A DNA stretch of 63,584 nt, filler included, from Octopus bimaculoides (Eukaryota), in NCBI RefSeq assembly GCF_001194135.2. It is 4 parts of 4 records of this genome, joined end to end, with 100 filler letters (N's around TTAATTAATTAA, not from the genome) between each part and the next. Parts side by side here need not be neighbours in the genome. Positions count along the whole stretch, not along the records: positions 1 to 29,834 come from NC_068994.1; 3 more parts are not named here. The stretch is one strand, 5' to 3'. Position 1 is the first letter of the stretch, and the number at the start of each line of letters is the position of its first letter. Below are positions 11,637 to 23,390 of the stretch, piece after piece. The notes beneath the pieces were generated by a model. That model was given only the letters and a program-made list of their open reading frames with translations, searched no databases and was not told the origin of the DNA. The translations under genes and the position numbers were made by a program.

Positions 11637-12159
11637 CTACAAAAATCAACAATGATAAATTAAAAGTAAGAGGTGAAAATATATCTCCCATAATTTTCTT
11701 TATTTTATACATCTTCTCAAAATATGATCAGCTGAATGTAGCAAGCTAATTTCTAATAATACTTGCTACAATTTCTAATAATGCTTTCAGGCACAAGGCC
11801 TGAAATTTGGTAGAAGGAGCTAGTCAATTACATTGACCACAGTGCTTGACTGGTACTTATTTTATCAACCCTGAAAGGATGAAAGGCAACTCGGAACATG
11901 AAGACAGATGAAATGCTGCAAAGCATTTCACCTGGCATGCTAACGATTCTGCCAGCTCGCCACCTTAAGTTAATTTTTAATAATTAGGTCCAACTTTTGT
12001 TGATCTCTGAGTTTTGGGATATAAAAAATACAACTGGGATATTGTAAAAGAAACTAACAGTAAGGAATTTTGTCAAAAATGGATATAAATTAAACTTTCA
12101 CTGTTTGTCTAACCCCTTAAATACCTGGCTTCATGCCACACTTAAACATTTTTATAATT

Positions 12160-12378
12160 CATACCTGGATACAGTTCTTGAATGATTTATTGCCAATGCT
12201 ATTATTCCTTGCACCTGGATGCAGGTATTGGATGTTTACTTATCAAAGTTATCTTTCTTCACACCAGGATGCGGGTACTGGATGTTTAATTATCAAAGTT
12301 ATTATTCTTCACACCTAGATGCAGGTATTGCATGGTTTATTATCAAAGCTATTATGCTTTACACCTGAATACAGGTAA
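12160..12378. repeat. About 50-bp tandem repeat, about 4 units
   Basis: Unit CACCTGGATGCAGGTATTGGATGTTTA.TTATCAAAGTTAT..TTCTTCA. Confidence 0.8.
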
Positions 12379-12649
12379 AAAGAAGTAAAGTTACCTTCTT
12401 GAGTCATGCTGACTCATAAGGATCAGTTTCCCAGTTTCATGGCATATATATTCCACACCTGAATGGGATGCTGATCCATTAAAGGATTACTCATATTTGC
12501 CAACTGAGTGAACTGCAGCAACGTGAAATAAAGTGTTTTGCTCTAGAACACAATGCAACACCTGGTCCAGGAATCAAAACCACAATCTTATGATCATGAG
12601 TCCAATACCCTAACCACTAAGCCACATGCCTCCCCCCTGGATACAGGTA

Positions 12650-13700
12650 TCATTATTATTCCTTCGCAACACAGTGTAGGTAAAAATGCACCGGAGTCTT
12701 TAGTCATCTGTCAAGTCACAAGGACCTCAGACAGATAATACTTTCCTTAAGATGTGTACTGTGCCCAGTAAGGCTGCTTTTTGCAAGACATGAATCTTGC
12801 ATGGGATTTCCAGTTGCCTTAAGAAGTTTTGAAGTTTCAATGGGATTGAGCCCAACGCTCCGACTACCACTGGTATCACTTTTACATTACCCTCTCGCAT
12901 TCCATACAGTCTTGCCATTTCCACTTTCAATTCAGAGTACTAGGTGATTTTTTTCAACCTCTTTACTCACAGCATTCATGTCATTTGGTATGGCTACATC
13001 AATTAAATGACAGTATTTGTCTCTCTTACTCAATATGACAATATCCAGCCGACGGTGTTTGATTACACAATCCGTCTGGAAATTATAGTCCCAGAGTATC
13101 GTTACTTTTCCATCCTCCTGCATAACTTTACTTGGTACATGCTCATACCAGTTCTCTGTTACTTCATATTGGTATTTATGTCATAAGAGCCAATGAAGAT
13201 AAATACGCATTTTATTGTGACGGCACTTGTATTCTTTTTGTGCAAGGCTCTCACGTTCACTTACCAAGTAGGTCACATTTTCCACTCTCTTTCCACACAG
13301 TCTGCATTTCTGGGTGTCAGAAGTTTTATAGATGTTATACCTCACTGAATTGGTAGTGAAAGCCTGGTCTTGTGCAGCAATGATCAGACTTTCAATGGTA
13401 CGCTTCAAATCACTTCACTCAAGCCATGCCCATGATGCTGTATTATCCTTAATGTCCTGTGTATTCATTTCAAACTGTCCATGCATTCTTATTTCAAGAA
13501 GATCTTTTCTCTTTTCCTCAGCTCTTTGGTTAAACTCTTCCTTGCCCATCATTTCATCTGCATTTATACCCATATCTTTCATGGCATATTGCAGCAGATC
13601 TTCATCACTAATTTATCAAATACTCGGTAAGCATTTTCCTTTCACTCCTTATACAATGCTCTATACTACTTAGCCCTCTGCTACCATTCTTTCTTTTTAT
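12650..13700 (-). mobile_element. 5'-truncated, decayed R4/Dong-clade non-LTR retrotransposon (CCHC finger plus RLE endonuclease)
   Basis: Frameshifted pieces AAQDQA..CRLCG..RH..HW, ILWDYNFQTD..HRR.DIV..IDVAIP.D, VIPVVVGALG..LQKAALLGT.HILRKVL; short 3' UTR ending in (TAA)n near 12650. Confidence 0.88.
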
Positions 13701-14033
13701 ATACAGTCTGCTAAATTTTCAGTTGGAAATTATCCATGTGTAGTTAAATAACATTTTAAAAAAATAAGTACAAACATAGAAACTTGACTGACTTGCATAA
13801 ATTCCTCCAAAATGAAGGATATACTTCTTTAAAATCCTTTGCTCAGGAATAGATTTCAACATTAATATGATTTTAGTATTTATGTGTAAAAACATTTTCA
13901 AAGAGGAAGTACATCAAATTCATTTATAGGCTAATATTAATTGATTAAAACTAACTCACAGTTGGTTTTGATTACAAGAACTACAAAATTTGAGCCAAAA
14001 TTTTAAAACATAAGAAAAAGAAACACTTTGAAC

Positions 14034-14169
14034 CTGTCAATGAAGTATGGCCATCAGCATTTTGGTGACAGTCATCTGGCACAAAACCATCTTTTAGCAT
14101 TGCATTCCGACAAGCAATTCTTGCAATATTTTTAACAATGTCCCGAAATGTTTGTGTGTGTGTTACAAT
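14034..14169 (-). CDS. DNAH6: DNAH6-like exon (phase 0 to 1)
   Basis: ttttctttaag|ATT GTA...ACA G|gttcaa (weak donor); IVTHTQTFRDIVKNIARIACRNAMLKDGFVPDD vs recalled DNAH6 VTERLGEFRNEAKYVVRRACRFALRAAGFVPDD. Confidence 0.88.
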
Positions 14170-15119
14170 CTTAAAGAAAAGAAAAAACAATGGTAAAGTA
14201 AATGTAAAAAACACAATTTTATATGATAAAACATTAAATTTAGAGTTTTTTTTTTAACTAATTAAATAATTCTAAATTCATTAAAGGTCAATATGATTTG
14301 TTATTTTAAAGAGTAACTTGTATTAGAAAAGACATCACATTTATAAATTAAGCTAAATACTATGAATATATTCACTACTAAGATTTTCAACTTAATATTC
14401 TAAGGGCTGATTTGTCAGTGGAGTTGTTTCTCTTTTCAGTTTCGATCCATTGCTTACAAGGAGCATTCCAGAAGGTTTGAGACATTTTTAGGAGAAGCAA
14501 CTGTGCTAGATTATCGTCATTTTATCATATCATTATTATACATCGAATAACCTGACCTGCCAACTTATTTTCTTTCAGATTGAAGGAGACACCTGTAACA
14601 GCACTTTCAACACACTCTGTACAGTGGTTAGCATTAGGAAAGGTATCAAGCCATAGAAGCCAGGCCAAATCAGAATGGAACCTAGTGCAGATCTCCTGCT
14701 TTCCAGCTTTGGTCAAACAGTCAAATCCATGCCAGCATGGAAAATGGAGGTTAAGGGATGATGATGATGATGAGGCGTGTAGCATACATCACAACTATTC
14801 TAATTCTATTCTAAAGCTAAAGAATAACACTACAAAAATTCTGTCAAATTCCAATTAGTATCACACCTCAGTCAAGATAGAATTTGATCATTGAATAGTA
14901 CAATCCAAATATATCCCCCATTTCAGGGTTGTTTTCTCATTGGATTTATACTAATATGTATTCTTTTGAAAATAACTGAAAGTGAAATGAAAATGATCAT
15001 GAAATAGGGTTCTTTTATTGAGAATAGTGTTGACATAAGATCTTTGTTGAATGGCTATTCTAAGTAAAGCAGCTATTTTTTTCTTGATGTAAAACAGTGA
15101 GAAGCCAAATCAAACTTAC

Positions 15120-15254
15120 AATTTTTGATTGCTCACATTGAGCTTCATAAAATTGTTGAGCTGCATATGTTCGGTCCTCTTCGATTTTACATAACCTCAT
15201 TTGACTGACTTTGTCACACATCTCTTTTATTTTTAAAATGGTTGCAGTCAGCAT
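15120..15254 (-). CDS. DNAH6: DNAH6-like exon (phase 0 to 0)
   Basis: gtttatcag|ATG...ATT|gtaagt; 135 nt; MLTATILKIKEMCDKVSQMRLCKIEEDRTYAAQQFYEAQ vs recalled DNAH6 LRPALLKINELCYHLSFMGLCYIEKCHTYTLQEFKAAQ. Confidence 0.92.
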
Positions 15255-17318
15255 CTGATAAACAAAATGGGACACGTCTTACAAATACAGTTATATTTTA
15301 AGCGAACAGCAACAGAAATATATATGCGATGTACCCCTGATTGTCAGCTATCACAAGGGAGACAATCCCTTCTCAATTAAGTTAAGTTGAGGCAGGTTTG
15401 GAAGTCTGAAATTTAAATCACAGTGTAACAGTATACAGAACATACACATTTAATATTTCTTTTTCCTCCATATTATAAAGATCTTCCAGTCTTTGGTAGC
15501 CATGTATAGCACCATTTCATCCTTCTTCATCAGCACAACATAACCCAAGGCAAATAAATTAAGCTAAGTTAAACACTTTTACATTCTAGAAATAAACAAT
15601 CACAATATCAAAGTTATGAGATAACGAATGATAAATTTAAACAATATAAATAGGCACGGCTGTGTGGTAAGAAGTTTACTTCCCAACCACATGGTTCCTG
15701 GTTCAGTCCTATTGCATGGCACCCTGTGCAATGTCTTCTGTGATAACTTTGAGCTGACCAAAGCCTTGTGAGTTGATGTGGTAGACAAAAACTGAAAGAA
15801 GCCTGTTGTATATCTATATGGTGGTGGTGGTGGCAGCGGTGGTGGAGAAGAAGAAGAAGGGGTAATATTTATCCCCACTTAAATGTGGCTGTTCTGTTAA
15901 AACATATTTTACTGTAGTAGATACCTTGAGAGAAATTCTCATAAAGAAACTATGAGAGAAACATTAAAACAGAAAATAGAAGGGTGCATTTTTCACCCAA
16001 AGCCTATATGAAAGTTTCTCTCATGGTATCTACCACTGTATAGTTTGTTCTAACAGAACATCCATGTTTAAGTGGGAATAAATATTACTTCTCAGTATTA
16101 ATATTGCCTCTGTCGCTATTATATATAAGAATTATATTGTTTTATGTTTTTATCCAGGAAAATACATCATTGAATTCCAAAAGCCTTTCAAATCATAACA
16201 AACTCATCTAGTAAAATGTCTGTTATGTCTCATATACAAATTACAATCTAAATGAAATCATCACTGTATGTTTTCAATGGTCATTTGAGTCAAAGAACTT
16301 TCACCTGTTTCTGTCTCCTTGTCTCACCATAACCTTTCATCATCTGACACAAGATCACCGCCTCCAATTCCTCCTCCCCTCTCAAAAGACTTTTGTCTTG
16401 CAAGTTACTTGGTGACCTTGTCAGTGCAGGTGCCACTTAAAAAGCATCAAGTTCACACCGTAAAGTGGTTGGCATTTGGAAGGGCATCCAACTGTAAAAA
16501 CCTTTCCAAAACTGACCTTGCCTGTGCTTGTGCCATGTAAAAAGCACTAAGTCCACTCTGCTGCATGATTGGTGTTAGGAAGAGCATCCAGCTGTAAAAA
16601 TCCTGCCAAAACACCAAACGTCTGGTGCAGGCTTCTTCCTGGCTGGCTCCTGTCAAGCCATCACCGCCATGCCACCATGAGAGGTGGATGTTAAATGATG
16701 ATGATGATATATATATTTCAACAATTAATCAACAACTGTGATGTGTATGCATCACACATATATTGCCAACCATATTGCTTCAATATTATCCCCAATTGTA
16801 TTCCCTAAAGTTGTATTTTATTCCTTCTCCACACTAACACCATCAAGAATTCACTAGTAATGAACGCTTTTTTCAGTTCAATAAATTACAGCTTGGACTG
16901 GTTTTAAGCCATTTAGAAAGATTTGTTCAAACTGGGCTCCATGCCAAGAGATGGTCCTACACACATGCTTGTGCAGAGTATGCTATGATGAGTTTTTACT
17001 ATACCATTGTGGCTAATGGTGGAGCCACAAGCCCTCAACACTTTTTGACAGGGACTGACATACTACAAAAGCATAAAACATCAAGCTTCAGCTCTTGAAG
17101 AGTAGAGGGCCCTAATGGCAATTCTCTAATTAGGCTCGCATTTCCTAGTACCAGCCCTGACTATAACTAAGATAATGGTCTTTAGATTGCATTTAAGTTT
17201 TTCTCTTGTAAGAAAATGTATTGTTTTTTTTCTTAAAGTTTGCACCCCCTTGTATGAAGCTCAAAATATATACAAAAACATAGAAATGCTCATAAATAAA
17301 CAATTCAAAAGTTCTTAC

Positions 17319-17441
17319 AGGATTCAGCATATATAGATTTTCTCTCAAAAAGTTTTCACTAGTCTTGAATTTCATCTGTCGGATGTTCTTGTGCCATAAC
17401 TTGAATGGTTTCCACATTTGAAATTGAGCAAAAAAGCGAGT
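17319..17441 (-). CDS. DNAH6: DNAH6-like exon (phase 0 to 0)
   Basis: cactttgtag|ACT CGC...CCT|gtaaga; 123 nt; FAQFQMWKPFKLWHKNIRQMKF...LRENLYMLNP vs recalled DNAH6 FSLFRKWKAFSVWRKNVRSKK...LQKNLFIVNP. Confidence 0.93.
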
Positions 17442-17609
17442 CTACAAAGTGAAAAACAGTAATTACTATCTATATTACACTAAAACTCAAAGTTTGTCTG
17501 TTTTCCTACCCTTTGATTAAGATAACAAAGATTACAAATAAAATAGTCATTTCCCCCTTCAAGAAAAAAAAAATCAAGTTGAAAATTTCAATTTGTGGCA
17601 ACAGTGTAA

Positions 17610-17900
17610 GCCCCTGGCATGGCCTCTTGTACTGGACAGATCAACGGACAGAGGCCAGACAAAAATAAACCACCTCTTCCCAGAAGCATCAATGACAATT
17701 CAAAATCAACAAGATCTGAGAGAGGAAGGGCATTCCTCTCAAAAACATGATGTGCTGCAGCCAAATTCCAAAGGAAGCTGCAAGGAAAAGTAGGGATCCA
17801 ACTGGAGAGAAGGAGAAAAGGTAAGCCAGAGTTGAGAACAGTGGAAAACAGTTGTCAATGGCCTATGCTCCTTACAGAGTGAAGGGTGTAAGTAACAAAG
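17610..17900 (+). mobile_element. Decayed RTE-like LINE 3' end
   Basis: Ends Q..EQWKTVVNGLCS..SEGCK*, resembling the RTE terminus QDR..WR..V.GLCS; short taag-like tail. Confidence 0.45.
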
Positions 17901-18664
17901 TAAAAGAAGACTTATATTCAACATATAATAGCACATCAAAAATTCTTCCATGCCATTGTAGTAAACATCCAAAATCAACTAAGCTACATTATTGTAATAC
18001 TTCAGTAAGATGGCGAGCTGACACAATCATTAGCACACTAGGTGAAAAACTTAGCAGTATTTTGCCTGTCTCTACATTCTGAGTTCAAATTCTGCCGAGG
18101 TCAAATTAAGTACCAGTGAAACACTGGGGTCGAAGTAATCAACTAGTGCCCTCTCCCCGAATTTCAGACTGTGTGCATTCAGTAGAAAAGATTATTGTAA
18201 TAGTTCAGTAATACTAGAAATAATTTTTCATCTAAATCTTATTTTTAAATGAAAGGTCAATGATATTAATTAAAGTAATTAGGGAAAATACTAAAGATCT
18301 AAAAATAATGCTTATGTGCTAGCATTTAAATTTGAACAAATTTTCCAGAAAATTACTTTATATATCTTTATTGTAAGCTCTCATAAAAGAGATTATAAAA
18401 CTCAGTTTAAAAACACTGCTTTCTCTTACTATCTGTAGTTTTTGCTGTTTTTTATCTTATGTCCTTCAAACCATCTTAGATACTTACATAAGTTTCAGTC
18501 AAAATTGGCCCACCCCATGACTAAATAGCACCAAAACCCCCCAAAAACCCATACCCATCATTTGTATGCAACTATGACCTGGTTTTTAGCTGGAGTTTTT
18601 GTTGTTTTTTTTCTTTTTCAATTTCCTAAAATTTTCTATTATCCTTAAAAAATAAAAGCCTCAC

Positions 18665-18812
18665 CTTTCTAATTTTGGAAAAATTGATATAATCTTGCTG
18701 CCACTCATCGAGTTCAGTGAATTCTGGTTCATTGTTTGCCAAATATTTCATAACACCACGAGTGCTAATAGTGGAGTAATTATTTCGGTCAATATCAACA
18801 TAATGGACAACT
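18665..18812 (-). CDS. DNAH6: DNAH6-like exon (phase 2 to 0), absent from the ORF track
   Basis: ttattcaacag|A GTT...AAG|gtgagg; 148 nt; VVHYVDIDRNNYSTISTRGVMKYLANNEPEFTELDEWQQDY vs recalled DNAH6 VVSYENINKNDYYTISQRAVTHIYNEDIEFIEIDRWEQEY. Confidence 0.93.
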
Positions 18813-18925
18813 CTGTTGAATAAAGTAAATACCGTTGATTAATATGAAATTAAAGCATATGAAACAATTCTTTTAAACACCCACACACATACACACACAC
18901 ATATATTGCAGAAAAATACGTTACC

Positions 18926-18998
18926 GGCCAGCCATGAGACTCGAACTCACATCTCTGTGATTACGCGTCAAGTGTTTTACCATTAAACTAAACTGCCC
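18926..18998 (-). tRNA. tRNA-Thr(CGT)-like sequence, gene or pseudogene, intronic
   Basis: 73 nt; acceptor stem GGGCAGT/GCTGGCC (1 mismatch, 1 GU), D stem GTTT/AAAC, loop CGCGTAA, T arm GTGAG-TTCGAGT-CTCAT; anticodon stem only partly paired; no SINE body follows. Confidence 0.5.
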
Positions 18999-19632
18999 AG
19001 CAACGAATTCTTTTAGAACTTATAAATTTAGCTTCATAAGATGCTAACATTAAATTCAGCTTTACGATGAAAGTAAACAAACATTATTATTATTGTCCTC
19101 TTCATTAACATCATCTTATTGTTTTTTTTATATCCACTTTTTAATGGAGTTATGGGTCGGCTAAGATTTCTTCGGATAGTTTGCTACAGTTGGATGACTT
19201 TCCTGACACAAAAGCCTTGTTTTCACACAAAGTACCTTATTTCACATCATCATACGGTTTCAAATTTTTCCACAAGGGCAGCCATTTTGGGGGAGGGGGT
19301 GAGTTGATTACATTGACCCCAGTGTTCATCTGGTATTTGTTTTATTGACTCCTAAAGGATGAAAGGCAAAGTCAACCTCGGCGGTATTTGAACTCAGAAT
19401 AGAGCAATGGGCAAAATACCACTAAGCATTTCATCCAGCATGCTAACAATTTTGCCAGCTCACTGCCTTACTTCACAACATCAAATGTCAAACCACTGTC
19501 AAACATAAAGAATGTCAGAGCTGCTGAATTAGTGTCAATGTGGAGACATGTAGAAGCAAACACACATACACAAGGGCTCCCATTCCCATGAGTTCTGCTT
19601 ATTTGATATTAGATCTGTAGATCTGTACCCAA

Positions 19633-19673
<41 letters not shown>

Positions 19674-20640
19674 CTTGACGTCTGTTTTCCATGCTGGCAT
19701 AGGTTGGATGGTTCAACTGAAAACTGGTAAGCTGGAGAGCTGCACCAGGTTCCAATCTGATTTGGCATTGTTTCTACAGCTGGATGCCCTTCCTTATGCC
19801 AACCATTCCAAGAGTGTAGTGGATGCTTTTTACATGCCACCGGCATGGGTGCCAGTTACATAACACCAGCATTGGCCATGACTACGATCTCACTTGGCTT
19901 GACGGGTCATCTCAAACACAGTATATTACCAAAGATCTCAGTCACCAGTCACTGCCTCCATGAGGCCCAATGTTCGAAAGGTGCTCTTTACATGCCACCA
20001 GCATGAGTTCCAGTTACGGGCACAGGCATCGGCCATGACTACAATTTCACATGGCTTCACAGGTCTTCTTAGGCGTGGCATATCACCAAAGTTCTCGGTC
20101 ACTTGTCATTGCCTCCATGAAGCCCAACGTTCATGCTTCACCAGATGCTTCACCACATACCGTTGGAAATTCTAAACACTGTCATATTAGCACCTCCAGA
20201 TACTCAATGTTTTAGGTCTTGCTCTCAAAGACATAAAGAGATTACGAGGGGCTTTTTCAACTTATGAGCATCCTACACAAAATTGACCAGTATCAGTAAA
20301 GCAGAATTTCTTAAGATGTAGTCCAATGAGTGGTGCAGCTAAAGTATGTCAGCTCTTGAGTTTGTCACCCCTCCCACCGCTATACAGGTATATACAGCAG
20401 ACCTAAAAGTGCCACCTCCATAAAAGCATTGCCCAGGATGGAGTACCCCATTGCTCACCTCCCAGCTACACTACTGAGTCCAACAACAGTTAATGTTTGT
20501 TTGGAGATTTATTGATTGGCATGGCAAAATTTAGGTAATTCAGGAAACTTAAATTTGCTAAACTGAAAGGGTCCAACTGTTACTACACCTGGAATTCTAA
20601 GTATAGCTGCATCCATTCCTTTGGTGTGCTCAGAGAGAAG

Positions 20641-20978
20641 TGAAGGTGCATGGCTCAGTGGTTAGAGCATCGAGCTTATGATCATGAGGTTGTGAGTTCG
20701 AATCCCGGACCTGGCTGCGTGTTGTGTTCTTGAGCAAGACACTTTATTTCACGTTGCTCCAGTTCACTCAGCTGTAGAAATGAGTTGCGACATCACAGGT
20801 GCCAAGCTGTATCGGCCCCTTTGCCTTTCCCTTGGATAACATTGGTGGTGTGGAGAGGAGAGGCCAGTATGCAAGGGCAACTGCTGGTCTTTCACAAACA
20901 ACCTTGCCCGGACTTGTGCTTGGAAGGGTAACTTTCTAGGTGCAATCCCATGGTCGGTCATGATCGAAGGGGGTTTCA
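20641..20978 (+). mobile_element. SINE with tRNA head and CTTGAGCAAGACAC..TTGCTCCAG (V/Ceph-like) core
   Basis: A box TGGCTCAGTGG, B box GAGTTCGAATCC; same head/core with other tails at 5455-5790, 12400-12635(-), 41320-41525(-), 46535-46838(-), 55960-56170. Confidence 0.82.
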
Positions 20979-21737
20979 GCTCAGAGAAAATATTCATGTC
21001 AATAACATTGTATAAACTTCTTAACTGTTACTCAAACATACTCTTTTACTTGTTTCAGTCATTTGACTGTGGCCATGCTGGAGCACCGCCTTTAGTCGAG
21101 CAAATCGACCCCAGAACTTATTCTTTGTAAGCCTAGTACTTATTCTATCGGTCTCTTTTGCCAAACTGCTAAGTTACAGAGATGTAAACACACCAGCATC
21201 GCTTGTCAAGCAATGTTGGGGGGGGGACAAACACACACATATATATATACATATATACGACAGGCTTCTTTCAGTTTCCGTCTACCAAATCCACTCACAA
21301 AGCTTTGGTCNNNNNNNNNNNNNNNNNNNNNNNNNNNNNNNNNNNNNNNNNNNNNNNNNNNNNNNNNNNNNNNNNNNNNNNNNNNNNNNNNNNNNNNNNN
21401 NNNNNNNNNNNNNNNNNNNNNNNNNNNNNNNNNNNNNNNNNNNNNNNNNNNNNNNNNNNNNNNNNNNNNNNNNNNNNNNNNNNNNNNNNNNNNNNNNNNN
21501 NNNNNNNNNNNNNNNNNNNNNNNNNNNNNNNNNNNNNNNNNNNNNNNNNNNNNNNNNNNNNNNNNNNNNNNNNNNNNNNNNNNNNNNNNNNNNNNNNNNN
21601 NNNNNNNNNNNNNNNNNNNNNNNNNNNNNNNNNNNNNNNNNNNNNNNNNNNNNNNNNNNNNNNNNNNNNNNNNNNNNNNNNNNNNNNNNNNNNNNNNNNN
21701 NNNNNNNNNNNNNNNNNNNNNNNNNNNNNNNNNNNNN

Positions 21738-21813
21738 GCCAAGTAAAGGAAACCAATACTCTTATCCTTATTAGCACATAGACACCTGATTACGTCATTC
21801 ATATCTCTCATAC
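21738..21813 (-). CDS. DNAH6: DNAH6-like exon, 5' part only; 3' part lost in gap 21311-21737
   Basis: gtttgatctag|GT ATG AGA GAT...; MRDMNDVIRCLCANKDKSIGFLYL vs recalled DNAH6 IRDPLQIIKIIRENEHLGFLYM; phase-1 acceptor. Confidence 0.8.
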
Positions 21814-22285
21814 CTAGATCAAACGAAATATAATATGAAATAAAATAATGTCATTTCCATGAACACATAAAAATTTATACAACAGTATCAGTCATCAAAT
21901 TTTGAAAAGCGTCTGGTAAAAGAGAACAGAGAAAAATAGACAATAGGAATTTCTTTGACTAGCGAAAAAGTAATTAATCAAAAACAGAAATAAATTGGTT
22001 TCAAATTTTAGCACAAGGCCAGCAATTTCAGGTGGTGGTGGTGGTGGTGGTGGTGGTCATCTCATCCTCCTTCTCCTCCTCATCATCATCATCATCATCA
22101 GAAACTTAGAAATTTGTACATATTCTGATATATGAGGATCAGAGGTTTGAAGTATCCTGGATTGCAATATGAAATACAGCATCTTGTTCAAGGACACAAG
22201 ACTTCAGGGCACAGACTCATGACCTTATGATCATGATTCGAATACCCTAATCGCTAACCCATGTACTTTGCACTATCCACTTTAC

Positions 22286-22460
22286 TAGATATTTTAATGA
22301 TCTCAGTTAGTATCTCTGATGATTCAGCTGCTTTTCTTGTCATTATATTCTTAATTGTGCTTCTGACTATATTGCTGTCAACTTTAATGATTGTCCTCTT
22401 TGTTGTGTCTACTTGAGGTAAATCCTTCTTCTTCCATGCATTCTTCTCATTTAATAACCT
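22286..22460 (-). CDS. Probable N-terminal exon of the dynein gene (phase 0 to 1)
   Basis: ttcttatcag|AGG TTA...TCT A|gtaaag; 175 nt open (RLLNEKNAWKKKDLPQVDTTKR...EIIKIS); phase fits exon 21813; no homology recognised. Confidence 0.55.
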
Positions 22461-22904
22461 CTGATAAGAATGCTTTCATACTTCATTTTTGTTTTCTTTT
22501 ATTTGTGCATGTTTTTCTCTTTCTCGGGCAAGGGTATTGTTAGCATTCCATACATGTTTCTCATCAGTTACAACTTTACACCTTCTACACATCCATCATG
22601 CAATCCTAAGTTCAAATGTAATAATGTTTTACTGACAGAGATAGAGATCACATCATCAAAGGTCAACTTCAACCAATGGAGGCCTACAACTACATAAATT
22701 GTTGTTGTTGTCTTGGTTTTCATTTACTTTTATTAATTGGACAACCATCAGAAAATTATCTGAGAAATGCAAAGACATGAATAGTTTTAGCTTTATTTAA
22801 ACTCAGACAAATATTCATCACTATTCAGTAGATTATATTTCCCTCTTTTTGCCGCCCAATAATTAAAAAATTCCTCTCAGTTCATGCACTTAATTTCTCT
22901 CTCT

Positions 22905-23390
22905 CTCTCTCTCTCTCCCTCTCCCTCTCTCTCTCTCTCACACACACACACACTCTCTCTCTCTCTCACACACACACACATACTCACTCTCTCTCTCTCA
23001 CACACACACTCACTCTCTCTCACACACACATACTATCTCTCTCTTTCACACATACTCTCTCTCTCTCACACACACATACTCTCTCTCTCACACCCCTTCT
23101 CTCTCATACATACACACACACACACACACTCTATCTCATTCTTTCTCACACTCTCTCTCTCACACACTTTCTCACACACTCTCTCTCTCTCTCTCATTCT
23201 CTCTCACTCTCATACACTCTCTGACGCACTCTCTCACACTGTCTCACACACTCACTCACTCTCAGACTTTTTCTCTCATACACTCTCTCACACACTCTCT
23301 CACTCCCTCACACACTTTCTCTCTAACACTCACTCACTCTCACTCCCCCTCATACAATCTCTCACTCTCTTACACACACAAACACATACA
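22905..23390. repeat. Compound (CT)n/(CA)n low-complexity tract
   Basis: Direct reading; explains the 172-aa S/L/H/T ORF. Confidence 0.95.
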
